A DNA stretch of 64,000 bases. Source: an uncultured Gammaproteobacteria bacterium. GTDB taxonomy: Bacteria; Patescibacteriota; Patescibacteriia; UBA2591; UBA6264. The notes beneath the pieces are model-generated. The model had not been told where the DNA came from. It did no database searches and saw only the letters and a program-made list of their open reading frames with translations. The stretch covers positions 74,135 through 138,134 of the forward strand of contig CAZQVF010000001.1 in NCBI GenBank assembly GCA_964596735.1, written 5' to 3'. The position numbers and the translations under genes are program-made. Positions 38,379 through 47,446 of the stretch are shown here, piece by piece. The stretch's first letter is position 1. Each line of letters starts with the position of its first letter.

Positions 38379-39238
38379 ACAACCCAATTTGGCAGAAAAA
38401 AGAAGAATGGTGGTATAATGTTTGGAAAAAAGTTGAACCGCCCTTTTGTCCTTCAAAGGGGCAGATTAAGTTTTATGAAAAGATAATAAAGAACAAAATA
38501 CTTAAACGTAAAAATCCCAGAATTCTTGTCTTAGGAGTCACACCGCAGATTCGTGATTTATTGGCTAAATACAAGAAACTAGATGTTTATTTAATTGATA
38601 TTGATGTGCCGGTTTATCGAGCGATGACTAGATTAGTGAAGAAAAAAAATCCTAGAGAAAAATTAATCGTCGGTGATTGGTTAAAAATGCCTTTTGAAAA
38701 AAATTATTTTGATTTAATCATGGCTCATAGTTCGTTTTCTGTCATTAGTTTAAAACACCATAAGTTGTTTTATCAGAATATTAAAAGGGTTCTTAAAAAA
38801 GATGGTTATGTTTTAATGAGTCGGGGAATATTGGAATTTGCTTTTAAAGACCCGATTAATTTTAAACAATTTTTTAATAAATACAAAAAAGACCCTAAAT
38901 ATTTTAAAAATTTTCAAAACAGAACATATATTTTATACCGATTAATCAATCGACCAGGAATCTATGACAGAAGGACACAGGGATTTAAATGGCATGTTAT
39001 GGCCAAAGGGTTGATGGATTATGGAAAAAGACAAGGATTTTCAGAAAAACAAATAAAAAGTCTTTATTTTCTTCCTGAGATAGGGCCAGAAGCAGTTTAT
39101 ACAGATACTGATATTGAAAGTGCAAAAAAAGTTAAATCAATGATTAGAAAACATTTTATAATCAAACAAATTCATCAGGATAATTATCACCCCATTGCTA
39201 AAATATTTATTGATTTTTTATGTCAAAAAAGAAAATAA
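38360..39238 (+). CDS. array paralog 10 (LGATPE MTase-like)
   Basis: About 70% identical by eye to paralog 9 along its whole length. The ATG start sits inside the last codons of paralog 9 (ATGTCAAAAAAGAAAATAG overlap). Confidence 0.85.
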   Translation: MSKKKIDNPIWQKKEEWWYNVWKKVEPPFCPSKGQIKFYEKIIKNKILKRKNPRILVLGVTPQIRDLLAKYKKLDVYLIDIDVPVYRAMTRLVKKKNPREKLIVGDWLKMPFEKNYFDLIMAHSSFSVISLKHHKLFYQNIKRVLKKDGYVLMSRGILEFAFKDPINFKQFFNKYKKDPKYFKNFQNRTYILYRLINRPGIYDRRTQGFKWHVMAKGLMDYGKRQGFSEKQIKSLYFLPEIGPEAVYTDTDIESAKKVKSMIRKHFIIKQIHQDNYHPIAKIFIDFLCQKRK

Positions 39239-40071
39239 GTGTAAAAGATTATGTTGAATTTTGGAAAAATCTTTATCCAGAGATAAAGCCGCTTCCTTCA
39301 ACAATTCAGTTTTGGGAAGATAAAATTAAAGAGATATTAAAGAAGAATAAGAATCCTCAGGCCTTGGTTTTAGGAGTGACCCCAGAAATCAGAGATTTAT
39401 TGACTAAGCATAAAATTAAGACAACCTGTTTAGACCTTAATCCAATAATGATTAAGGCAATGGAATCATTAGTTAAAAGGAAAAATCCTAAAGAAAGAAT
39501 TATTAAGGGTGATTGGCTAAAAATGCCATTTAAAAAAGATACTTTTGATTTTATTATCAGTGATTGCCCCCAAGATAATATTCCCTATAAGAGTTGGAAC
39601 AAATTTTTTCAAAGTGTTTTTCAGGTTTTAAAACCAAGCGGATATTGGTTATTAGGAGCAACTCTTTTTAAAGGTTTTAAAGAGGGAATTAATTTAAGTC
39701 AATTCATAGAAATTTATCGAAAAAATCCCAAGGTATTTACAAATTCGAAGCAAAAGTTTTATTATCTTCTTAAACTATCTAGTTGTCGTGATTTTAATAA
39801 TCGCAAGACCAAAACAGTTGATTGGATAAAGGTAGATAAAGAATTAGAAAAACTTTATAAAAAAGGATTAATCAACAGAAAAGAGTTAAATGATTTATCT
39901 ATATCTACAAAAAGTATTAAGTTAAGTTTGGCCTGTAAATGGCCCTGGGTTACCATGAATGAGTTTTGTAGAATTTTGAAAAAGAATCATTTTTATGTGA
40001 TAGGTTATAGAGAAGATGACATTTTTCCAGCTGGTTGTTTTCGCCAGGCTTTTATTTTAAAAAAACATTGA
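39220..40071 (+). CDS. array paralog 11 (LGATPE MTase-like)
   Basis: ALVLGVTPEIRDLLTKH, TCLDLNPIMIKAM, GDWLKMPFKKDTFDFIISDCPQDNI, VLKPSGYWLLGA; the start overlaps the paralog 10 stop with the same ATGTCAAAAAAGAAAATAAG junction. Confidence 0.85.
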   Translation: MSKKKISVKDYVEFWKNLYPEIKPLPSTIQFWEDKIKEILKKNKNPQALVLGVTPEIRDLLTKHKIKTTCLDLNPIMIKAMESLVKRKNPKERIIKGDWLKMPFKKDTFDFIISDCPQDNIPYKSWNKFFQSVFQVLKPSGYWLLGATLFKGFKEGINLSQFIEIYRKNPKVFTNSKQKFYYLLKLSSCRDFNNRKTKTVDWIKVDKELEKLYKKGLINRKELNDLSISTKSIKLSLACKWPWVTMNEFCRILKKNHFYVIGYREDDIFPAGCFRQAFILKKH

Positions 40072-40110
40072 AAATAAAGAAAAAGCCGTTTTGTAGCGGT
40101 TTGAAAATTT

Positions 40111-40965
40111 ATGACAAAAAAAATTAAAAAACAAAATAAAAAAACTTTTAATCCAGACTGGAAAAAATGGTCTGATTTTTGGAATAAAATTAAACCACCC
40201 TGGAAGCCTTCGGTTCAAGAAATAAGATTTATAAAATCAAGACTTAAAGTATTGGTTAAAAACAATCAACCACGAGCCCTGATTCAAGGCGCAACCCCAG
40301 ACTTTCGTGATTTATTAGCTGATTTAGGTTATCAGGTCTGGCTTTTAGACATAAACAAAGAAATGGTTGATGGTACGAGGCTGGTGATGAAGAATAAAAA
40401 TCCTAAAGAAAAAGTAAAGATTGGGAATTGGCTTGCCAAACCATTTAAAACAAACTATTTTGATGCTGTCTTAGCCGACGAAACTCTTGATAACTTAGCT
40501 TTAAAAACATATAACCAGTATTTTCAAAATATAAAAACGTTTCTTAAACCAGGTGGATATTTTATTTACGGGGCTTATTGCATGCCAGCCCGGACTCGCC
40601 AAATAAGTTTTGATGAGTTAGCTAAATTATATAATAAAGACCCGAAATTTTTTAAAAAATGGGAGAATAAATGTTATCTTTGGCACTGGGTGCAAGATAA
40701 ATCTAAAATCTTTGATCGTCGAAAATGGCAATATGATTTTACCTATTTTGATAACGAAATTCAAAAACTATATGATCAAGGGAAAATATCCAAGCAAGGC
40801 TTAAAAGATTTACAATATAAGATGGGGGCATATCAGAGTGTTCATCTATACCGCAAAGATTTAGAGATTCGACTTAAAAAGTATTTTAAAATTTTAAACA
40901 TTTGGGTTGTTCCAAAGATGAAGTATCATAATAAGATAGTTTACGTTTTAAAAGTTCAAAAATAA
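40111..40965 (+). CDS. array paralog 12 (LGATPE MTase-like)
   Basis: ALIQGATPDFRDLLADL, WLLDINKEMVDG, GNWLAKPFKTNYFDAVLADETLDNL, FLKPGGYFIYGA. Confidence 0.85.
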   Translation: MTKKIKKQNKKTFNPDWKKWSDFWNKIKPPWKPSVQEIRFIKSRLKVLVKNNQPRALIQGATPDFRDLLADLGYQVWLLDINKEMVDGTRLVMKNKNPKEKVKIGNWLAKPFKTNYFDAVLADETLDNLALKTYNQYFQNIKTFLKPGGYFIYGAYCMPARTRQISFDELAKLYNKDPKFFKKWENKCYLWHWVQDKSKIFDRRKWQYDFTYFDNEIQKLYDQGKISKQGLKDLQYKMGAYQSVHLYRKDLEIRLKKYFKILNIWVVPKMKYHNKIVYVLKVQK

Positions 40966-41019
40966 GAACCCTTCGCTACGCTCAGGAACCTTGAAATTAA
41001 AACTTTATTTTATAAATAT
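40964..41019 (+). promoter_or_regulatory. conserved CTTGAAATTAAA promoter-like element (internal to the array)
   Basis: AAGAACCCTTCGCTACGCTCAGGAACCTTGAAATTAAAACTTTATTTTATAAAT in the 74-nt gap between paralogs 12 and 13; same architecture as the copies at 1879, 4839 and 19449. Confidence 0.55.
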
Positions 41020-41039
41020 TAAGGTAGTTTAATTATAAT

Positions 41040-41891
41040 ATGACTAAAAAAGAATCAACTAGCAAAAAATTTATAGATCCCTGGAAAACAATGGCAAATA
41101 ATTGGAATCTATTTTGTTCTCCTGGTCGACCTTCATCAAGAAATATCTTAGATTATGAAAAACTTTTTCAATCTACAGTTAAAAAAAGAAAAAATCCCAA
41201 GATATTAATTTTAGGGGCAACGCCAGAACTGAGAGACCTTTTAAATAAATTTAAAAAAGCAGAAGTATGTATTTGTGATATTAATATAGAAATGATTTTA
41301 GCCATGACAGAATTGATGAAAAAGAAAAAAGCAGTGGAAAGGGAAATATGGATGAAAGCCAATTGGAAAGACATGCCTTTAAAGAAAGATTATTATGATG
41401 TTATCTTGGGCGATTACATTACCAGCGCTTTTCCCTTAAAAGATCACGCAGAATTATTTAATAAATTAAGATCAGTTTTAAATAAAAATGGTTGTTTTGT
41501 TAGCAGGATCTTTTTTTACAATCCAGATGCAGTAGAAGATTTTAATCAAGTAGCGGATAAATATTTAAACAAAAAAGTAACCCCTAGGACAATAACTGAT
41601 TTTTGGATGGAGGCATATTTCCGCGGTCCGTATAGAAAAGGGGGAGTTCTTTCAGGCAAGAGATTTAAAGAAAAAATGAATATTTACGTAAAAAAGAACC
41701 CCAAAATCAAGCCACTTTTCAATAAACTTGATCAAATATTATTGCCATATAATAAGGATTATAATTTTTGTAGCTTAAAACAAACTGAAAAATCATTAAA
41801 GAGATATTTTGTAATCAAAGAAAAATTACCAGAGATTAACACCACCTTAAGCAAAAATACATTTATATATAAATTATCTCCAAAGAAATAA
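41040..41891 (+). CDS. array paralog 13 (LGATPE MTase-like)
   Basis: ILILGATPELRDLLNKF, CICDINIEMILAM, ANWKDMPLKKDYYDVILGDYITSAF, hydrophobic core block after it. Confidence 0.85.
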   Translation: MTKKESTSKKFIDPWKTMANNWNLFCSPGRPSSRNILDYEKLFQSTVKKRKNPKILILGATPELRDLLNKFKKAEVCICDINIEMILAMTELMKKKKAVEREIWMKANWKDMPLKKDYYDVILGDYITSAFPLKDHAELFNKLRSVLNKNGCFVSRIFFYNPDAVEDFNQVADKYLNKKVTPRTITDFWMEAYFRGPYRKGGVLSGKRFKEKMNIYVKKNPKIKPLFNKLDQILLPYNKDYNFCSLKQTEKSLKRYFVIKEKLPEINTTLSKNTFIYKLSPKK

Positions 41892-41892
41892 T

Positions 41893-42744
41893 ATGACAAA
41901 ACAAATTCATGGCACAAAATATTGGACAGATTTAGCTCAATGGTGGCGAAAGGTTGCTCCACCGGTTAGACCATCAAAGTCGGATATTAAGATTTATGAG
42001 AGATTTTTAAAAAAGGTAATTAAGAACAAGAAACAACCCAAAATTTTAATTTTAGGAGCGACACCGGAAATGCGAGATTTAGCCGCTAAGTATAGAGCGG
42101 AAACAACTGTTTGTGATATTAGTTTGGAAATGATAATAGCTATGATTCAGTTGATGACTCATAAAAAGGCTGGCCAAAAAGAAGTTTGGGTTAAAGCAAG
42201 TTGGGTGACAGTACCATTGAAACATAATTATTACGATGTGATTTTAGCAGATGGGGTGATATGTAATATCCCCTGGTCAGAAGTAAATCAATGGTGGAAA
42301 CATTTAAATCAATTACTTAAACCAAAGGGTGTTTTTATCACCCGAGCCTTCTGTTTTACCTCTAGAAATGAGATTGATAAAAGTTTGAATAATCTTATTA
42401 AGAAGATTTTAAAAAAGAGAAATCCTTTAGCAACCGATTTTGGTCAATTGAAAATAACTTTAGAAATCGCAAGTTATAATTCTAAAACTAGAACGGGCAG
42501 TAATGCCAAGTATAGAGAATTATTTTTTAAACATATTGAGAATTTTTCAGTTTTTCAAACAAAGGCAAACAAGATTTATCGTCAACTTGTTAAGATTTAT
42601 CCACCTAAGCCAGTTAAAGTTTGGCGAATACCAACAAGAGCTCAGAGAGAAAAAGAAATTAAAAAGTATTTTAAGATTATTTTTGGTATTCCTTCTCCAT
42701 CTTTTCCAACTATACCGACAATTTATTTATTAAAGAAAAAATAA
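41893..42744 (+). CDS. array paralog 14 (LGATPE MTase-like)
   Basis: ILILGATPEMRDLAAKY, TVCDISLEMIIAM, ASWVTVPLKHNYYDVILADGVICNI, LLKPKGVFITRAF. Confidence 0.85.
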   Translation: MTKQIHGTKYWTDLAQWWRKVAPPVRPSKSDIKIYERFLKKVIKNKKQPKILILGATPEMRDLAAKYRAETTVCDISLEMIIAMIQLMTHKKAGQKEVWVKASWVTVPLKHNYYDVILADGVICNIPWSEVNQWWKHLNQLLKPKGVFITRAFCFTSRNEIDKSLNNLIKKILKKRNPLATDFGQLKITLEIASYNSKTRTGSNAKYRELFFKHIENFSVFQTKANKIYRQLVKIYPPKPVKVWRIPTRAQREKEIKKYFKIIFGIPSPSFPTIPTIYLLKKK

Positions 42745-42745
42745 C

Positions 42746-43621
42746 ATGCCTAAGAAAAAACAAGAAAAAAGATTTATTGCCCCCTGGAAAGCCTATGCTG
42801 CTCGTTGGCAAAAATACTGTACTCCACCAGGCCGGCCATCTAAACAAGCCATGGCCATGTATCGCAAATTTGCCAAACAATCTTTTTCTAATTTAAAACG
42901 CAAACCACGAACCTTGGTTTTAGGAGCGACTCCAGAGGCAAGAGATGTTTTAGTTGGGCTTAAAGCAGAGGTCAGTATTATTGATTTTAATATGGAAATG
43001 ATTTTAGCCATGACAGAATTGGTTAAAAAGAAAAATCCCAATGAGATTATAGTTAAAGCAAATTGGCTTAATATGCCCTTCCCCCCTAATTATTATGACG
43101 CTGTGTTAGGGGATCTTGTTTTATGCAATGTGCCCGGACCATTACAAGCCAGGTTTTTAAAAGAAGTCAAAAGAGTTTTAAAACCGAAAGGATATTTTAT
43201 CACTAAAATGCATGTTATTCCTAACGATTGGCAGTTTAAACCCATTGATTGGGTTTTGGATAAATATGCTAAAATCCCTGTTTGTAAAAATACAGCTATT
43301 GAACTATTTGGGTTTCTTCATAACACCATTTATCAGCCAAAAACCCATATAATGGATATTAGCCTAATTAGAAAAGGATTAACAAAGTATTGGAAAAAAG
43401 GAAAGTATAAACATCCTAGTGCCAAGATTAGTAAATTACTTAATCATATTTGGGAGATGTTTAAGCCCATGGACAAAACATGGTGTACAGGCTATGAAAA
43501 AGAAATTAGCAAACAGGTTTCCCAATATTTTAAAATCCGAAAGAAAATAGTTTTAAACGATTGTTATTTCCGTGAGATTGATGAATCATTTCCTTTTTGG
43601 GTTTGCCAAGTAAAAAAATAA
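42746..43621 (+). CDS. array paralog 15 (LGATPE MTase-like)
   Basis: TLVLGATPEARDVLVGL, SIIDFNMEMILAM, ANWLNMPFPPNYYDAVLGDLVLCNV, VLKPKGYFITK. Confidence 0.85.
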   Translation: MPKKKQEKRFIAPWKAYAARWQKYCTPPGRPSKQAMAMYRKFAKQSFSNLKRKPRTLVLGATPEARDVLVGLKAEVSIIDFNMEMILAMTELVKKKNPNEIIVKANWLNMPFPPNYYDAVLGDLVLCNVPGPLQARFLKEVKRVLKPKGYFITKMHVIPNDWQFKPIDWVLDKYAKIPVCKNTAIELFGFLHNTIYQPKTHIMDISLIRKGLTKYWKKGKYKHPSAKISKLLNHIWEMFKPMDKTWCTGYEKEISKQVSQYFKIRKKIVLNDCYFREIDESFPFWVCQVKK

Positions 43622-43622
43622 T

Positions 43623-44465
43623 ATGTTAAAACCCCATGAGCTAAATAGATCTTATTGGATGCGAAGTGCTGAGATTTGGCGCAAGTTAAAGCCGCCAGAA
43701 AGGCCCAGTAAAGAGGAAATGGGGATTTATGAAAAACACCTTAAAGAAATATTGCAGTTTAAAGGTAATAAATTAAGAGCTGTTATTCTTGGAGCTACTC
43801 CAGAAATTCGAGATTTATTAGCCAGATATAAAGTTTCAGACGTTACTATTGTTGATGTTAATCCTAATATGGTTCGGGCGATGAAAGAATTACTTAAAAT
43901 CTCAAAGGGCAGAGAGAAAATAGTCATTGCTAGTTGGTTAAATACGGGGTTGCCGTCTCATAAATATGATGTGGTTTTCTGTGATCACGGTACAGCCCAC
44001 ATCAAGTTTCTTCAGTGGCCTAAATTTTTTAAGGAACAAAAAAGATTTTTAAAAAAGAATGGCTTTGTTTTACATAATATCGTTACTCGGCCATTTAAGG
44101 AGGGCATCACGGTAAGTGATTTAGTTAAAATTTATAAGAAAAATAAATTAAAATTTTCTCGTCTTGATAAATTTTATTATAATTATTTAGTTTTTCTAAA
44201 ATTGAAAGATGTGAATGGAAAACACCACAAAGATTTAGGAGTTCTTGATAAAAATTTAAAAAGTTTTATCAATAAAAAGGTGATTGATAAAAATGATTAT
44301 CAAAAATTAAAGACTCCATGGGAAGATGCAAAAATTGCTCTTCCTCCGCAGGAGGTTGTTGATGAGATTTTTCAGAAATTTTTTAATTTAAAAACATTAG
44401 AACATGGATCAAAACACCCGATTTATAGTTGTCATCAAATATACTTTGGTCAAGTAAAAAAATAA
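43623..44465 (+). CDS. array paralog 16 (LGATPE MTase-like)
   Basis: AVILGATPEIRDLLARY, TIVDVNPNMVRAM, ASWLNTGLPSHKYDVVFCDHGTAHI, FLKKNGFVLHN. Confidence 0.85.
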   Translation: MLKPHELNRSYWMRSAEIWRKLKPPERPSKEEMGIYEKHLKEILQFKGNKLRAVILGATPEIRDLLARYKVSDVTIVDVNPNMVRAMKELLKISKGREKIVIASWLNTGLPSHKYDVVFCDHGTAHIKFLQWPKFFKEQKRFLKKNGFVLHNIVTRPFKEGITVSDLVKIYKKNKLKFSRLDKFYYNYLVFLKLKDVNGKHHKDLGVLDKNLKSFINKKVIDKNDYQKLKTPWEDAKIALPPQEVVDEIFQKFFNLKTLEHGSKHPIYSCHQIYFGQVKK

Positions 44466-44470
44466 AGTCT

Positions 44471-44764
44471 ATGAAAATTAAAATACCACCTGTTTCCATT
44501 GACACTGACAAACTAATTAAGCGCTGTGGTTATGCTGAGTTAAGAAGAAAAACAGGGGAGATAAGTTATGTTCGTCGTTTACGTGGTTATCAATACCCAC
44601 GCTTTCATGTTTATATTGAAAATGGATATTTTAATCTTCACTTAGATCAAAAGGCCCCTTGTTATCAAGGGTCTTCAGCTCACGCCGGAGAATATGAGGG
44701 AGAAATTTTAGTAAAAGAAAAAGAAAGAATAAAAGAGATCATTAATAAGTATAGAAATGAATAA
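44471..44764 (+). CDS. hypothetical 97-aa protein, unrelated insert within the array
   Basis: MKIKIPPVSIDTDKLIKRCGYAEL...RFHVYIENGYFNLHLDQKAPCYQGSSAHAGEYEG; none of the paralog blocks are present. The track calls it from 44429, overlapping the upstream gene; the ATG at 44471 was preferred. Confidence 0.4.
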   Translation: MKIKIPPVSIDTDKLIKRCGYAELRRKTGEISYVRRLRGYQYPRFHVYIENGYFNLHLDQKAPCYQGSSAHAGEYEGEILVKEKERIKEIINKYRNE

Positions 44765-46427
44765 AAAAGGTTGGACAAAAAGATGGAAAAATGTTTCTGA
44801 ATGGTGGGGAAAGTTAAATTCACCCTGGACCCCTTCTTTGGGAGAGTATAAAATCTATGAAAAGTTTTTGAAAAAGACAACAAATTTTAAAGATAAAGAT
44901 AGAAAAATGCTAATTTTAGGAGCGACGGCATTGTTAAGAGAGCTGGGGTATAAGTATGGCTATCAAATCACCTTGATTGATATAAATCAAGAAATGGTTA
45001 AAGATCAAACTAGATTTTTAGGCCTTAAAATTCCTAAAGAAAAAGTGGTTATTGGTGACTGGTTAGAAATGGATAAAATTTTTAAAAACCAACAATTTGA
45101 CGTTATCGCAGCAGATCATTCAGTTATTAATGTTAAATTTAAAAATTGGCCCAAACTTTATAAAAATATACAAAATCTTTTAAAACCTGATGGTTCGGTT
45201 CTTTGGGCAACAACTGTTTATAATCATCGAAAGCATGGTCAAGTAAAAGACTTGGTAAAAAGTTATCGGCCCAATAAATCAGAAAAAGACAGATTTATTA
45301 GAATTTATAAATTATTTGGTAATCCAAAATTTCATGATAAAAACCATGGTTTTCATTTTGGCCAAGCTGACAAGGAAATAGGAAAATTAGCCAAGAAAAA
45401 AAGTTTTTCCAAAGAGCAAATCAATGAAATGAAGTTGAATTTAGGAAACTGGACTTCAGTAATATTACAAAAAAAGAAATTTGAAGATTTTACAAAAAAA
45501 TATTTTAAAATAATTGATAATCAGAAAGATAAAAGTCATCATTTCTATAAATATCAGCAACTTTATCTTTTAAAGCACAAAAAATCACCTAAGAGAAGTG
45601 TTTCATGGAAAACTATTGCCGAAGTCTGGCCTGATTTAAAGCCGCCTTTAAGACCCTCAAAAGGAGAAATGAGGATTTATGAGAGATATTTAAAACAGAT
45701 TATTAAACAAAAGAAAGGTAAACTAACCGCCTTATTATTTGGTTTAACCACAGAAATCAGGGATATGTTGGCAAAATATGGGGTATTTGTCACCATGATT
45801 GATGTTAATCCGGAAATGGTTAAAGTGACAGAATCTTTATGTCAACAGAAAAACAGAAAAGAAAAAGTGGTTATTGATGACTGGTTAAAGTTTAATCTTA
45901 ATAAAAAGTTTGACATTATTTTGGGAGACCATGTTTTTGGTAATGTAGAGTTTAAAAAACAGCAGAGGCTTTGGAGGCAAATCAAAAAACATTTGAAATC
46001 CGACGGGTATTTGATTACAGACGTTCATTTAAGAGCTTTAAACAAGAAAATAGGTTTAAAGCAGTTTATTGAAAAATATAGAAGAAGTAAAATATTAAAA
46101 AAGAACCGAGAAGAAAAATGGTATTGGCTTTATTCTTTGGTTTATAACAATCCTGTTTTCTTTAAAAGGAAAATTAAATCAGTTTTATGGCCCTCAGTTG
46201 AAGAATTATTAAGGCAAACCAAGAAAAGAAATATTGATTTAAGTATGGCAGAAGCAAGAGAGATTGCTGATGACGTTCACATAGACAGGCCTTGTTGGTT
46301 TATGCTTCCGATGAAAAAGGAATTTGAAAAAGAATTAAAAAAATATTTTACAATGATTGATTCAGATATTAATAGAAAACACTCGGTTTATCGCTGTTAT
46401 CGCATTTATTTTGCTAAGTCAAAATAA
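44757..46427 (+). CDS. array paralogs 17+18 fused into one 556-aa two-domain protein
   Basis: Both halves carry the full block set. N-half: WKNVSEWWGKLNSPWTPSLGEYKIYEKF...MLILGATALLRELGYKY..TLIDINQEMVKD..GDWLEMDKIFKNQQFDVIAADHSVINV..LLKPDGSVLWA. C-half: WKTIAEVWPDLKPPLRPSKGEMRIYERY..ALLFGLTTEIRDMLAKY..TMIDVNPEMVKV..DDWLKFNLNKKFDIILGDHVFGNV..HLKSDGYLITD. Confidence 0.85.
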   Translation: MNKKGWTKRWKNVSEWWGKLNSPWTPSLGEYKIYEKFLKKTTNFKDKDRKMLILGATALLRELGYKYGYQITLIDINQEMVKDQTRFLGLKIPKEKVVIGDWLEMDKIFKNQQFDVIAADHSVINVKFKNWPKLYKNIQNLLKPDGSVLWATTVYNHRKHGQVKDLVKSYRPNKSEKDRFIRIYKLFGNPKFHDKNHGFHFGQADKEIGKLAKKKSFSKEQINEMKLNLGNWTSVILQKKKFEDFTKKYFKIIDNQKDKSHHFYKYQQLYLLKHKKSPKRSVSWKTIAEVWPDLKPPLRPSKGEMRIYERYLKQIIKQKKGKLTALLFGLTTEIRDMLAKYGVFVTMIDVNPEMVKVTESLCQQKNRKEKVVIDDWLKFNLNKKFDIILGDHVFGNVEFKKQQRLWRQIKKHLKSDGYLITDVHLRALNKKIGLKQFIEKYRRSKILKKNREEKWYWLYSLVYNNPVFFKRKIKSVLWPSVEELLRQTKKRNIDLSMAEAREIADDVHIDRPCWFMLPMKKEFEKELKKYFTMIDSDINRKHSVYRCYRIYFAKSK

Positions 46428-46432
46428 ATATC

Positions 46433-46461
46433 TCGACAAATATCTTATTTTTACATATAAT
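46433..46461 (+). promoter_or_regulatory. sigma70-type promoter (TCGACA-N17-TATAAT)
   Basis: TCGACA, a 17-nt spacer, then TATAAT in the 66-nt gap before the Nif3-like gene. Confidence 0.5.
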
Positions 46462-46493
46462 TAAGAACAAGATTTATTTTTAACTATATATTT

Positions 46494-47444
46494 ATGACTA
46501 TTGAACAAATTTACAATTTAGCCATTAAAATGGGCATGAAAAGCGATTTAAGAGGGGAGAGACAGGTAAAAAAAATGTTAACCCATTTAAAGAAAAGGTA
46601 TGAAAAAATGCCAGGAAAACAAAAGAAAGAATTTGACAAAGAAAAATTAACAAATCCATATTCTGATACCCGCATATTAAACAAAACAAAAAAACCAATT
46701 AAAAAGATTTTAACTGGTATTGATATGGAAGTAAGTGAACTACTTTTAGCCGAACAATTAGGTGGTGTTGACTTGATTTTAGCTCACCACCCCAGAGGCA
46801 TAGGATTAACCGGATTAGATGATGTGATGAAACTTCAGGCAGATGTTTTAAATCTTTATGGTGTGCCAATTAATATTGCTGAAAGTCTGGTTCGTTTAAG
46901 AAGAGGAGAGGTTAGTCGTTCAATTTCTTCGGCTAATCATAACCGAGTCGTTGATGCAGCTAAACTATTAAAAACAGGATATATGTGCATGCATACCCCA
47001 GCTGATAATTGTGTGGCTAGTTTTTTAAACAAATTGATTAAAAAGAAAAAACCAGAATATGTAGAAGATCTATTAGATCTATTAAAAACCATTCCTGAAT
47101 ATCAACAAGCCATGAAAATAGGAGCTGGACCAAGACTTTTTGCTGGTAAAGAAATAAATCACTGCGGCAAAATTGCTTTAACAGAAATCACTGGCGGAAC
47201 AGAGGGGTCTTCAAAGGTTTATGAAAAAATGAGTCAGGCAGGAATAGGCACAGTAGTGGCCATGCACATGAGTGAAAAAAATCGCAAAGAAGCAGAAAAA
47301 GCCCACATCAATGTCGTTATTGCCGGTCATATTGCTTCAGACTCCATTGGCATGAACCTAATATTAGATGAATTAGCCAAGAAAAAAATAGAAATCATCC
47401 CATGTTCTGGATTAATTAGAGTGGAGAGGTTTAAGAAAAGATAA
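46494..47444 (+). CDS. NIF3/YqfO-family (GTP cyclohydrolase 1 type 2-like) dinuclear-metal protein
   Basis: KKILTGIDMEVSELLLAEQLGGVDLILAHHPRG resembles the NIF3 N-terminal block ending in HHP; distal GHIASDS histidine block; the stop is 2 nt before the next paralog's ATG. Confidence 0.5.
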   Translation: MTIEQIYNLAIKMGMKSDLRGERQVKKMLTHLKKRYEKMPGKQKKEFDKEKLTNPYSDTRILNKTKKPIKKILTGIDMEVSELLLAEQLGGVDLILAHHPRGIGLTGLDDVMKLQADVLNLYGVPINIAESLVRLRRGEVSRSISSANHNRVVDAAKLLKTGYMCMHTPADNCVASFLNKLIKKKKPEYVEDLLDLLKTIPEYQQAMKIGAGPRLFAGKEINHCGKIALTEITGGTEGSSKVYEKMSQAGIGTVVAMHMSEKNRKEAEKAHINVVIAGHIASDSIGMNLILDELAKKKIEIIPCSGLIRVERFKKR

Positions 47445-47446
47445 AT

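Noticed and set aside
42503-42733. 76-aa + strand ORF overlapping array paralog 14 in another frame
   Set aside because: Out-of-frame overlap with a paralog whose frame is supported by family-wide conserved blocks.
31602-43927. Small minus-strand ORFs (31602-31784, 36683-36907, 41168-41374, 42793-43041, 43727-43927) antisense to array paralogs at the same relative position
   Set aside because: Each is antisense to the conserved LVLGATPEIRD block. Their recurring ...SGVAPKTKAL... translation is the mirror image of that conserved block, not an independent gene family.
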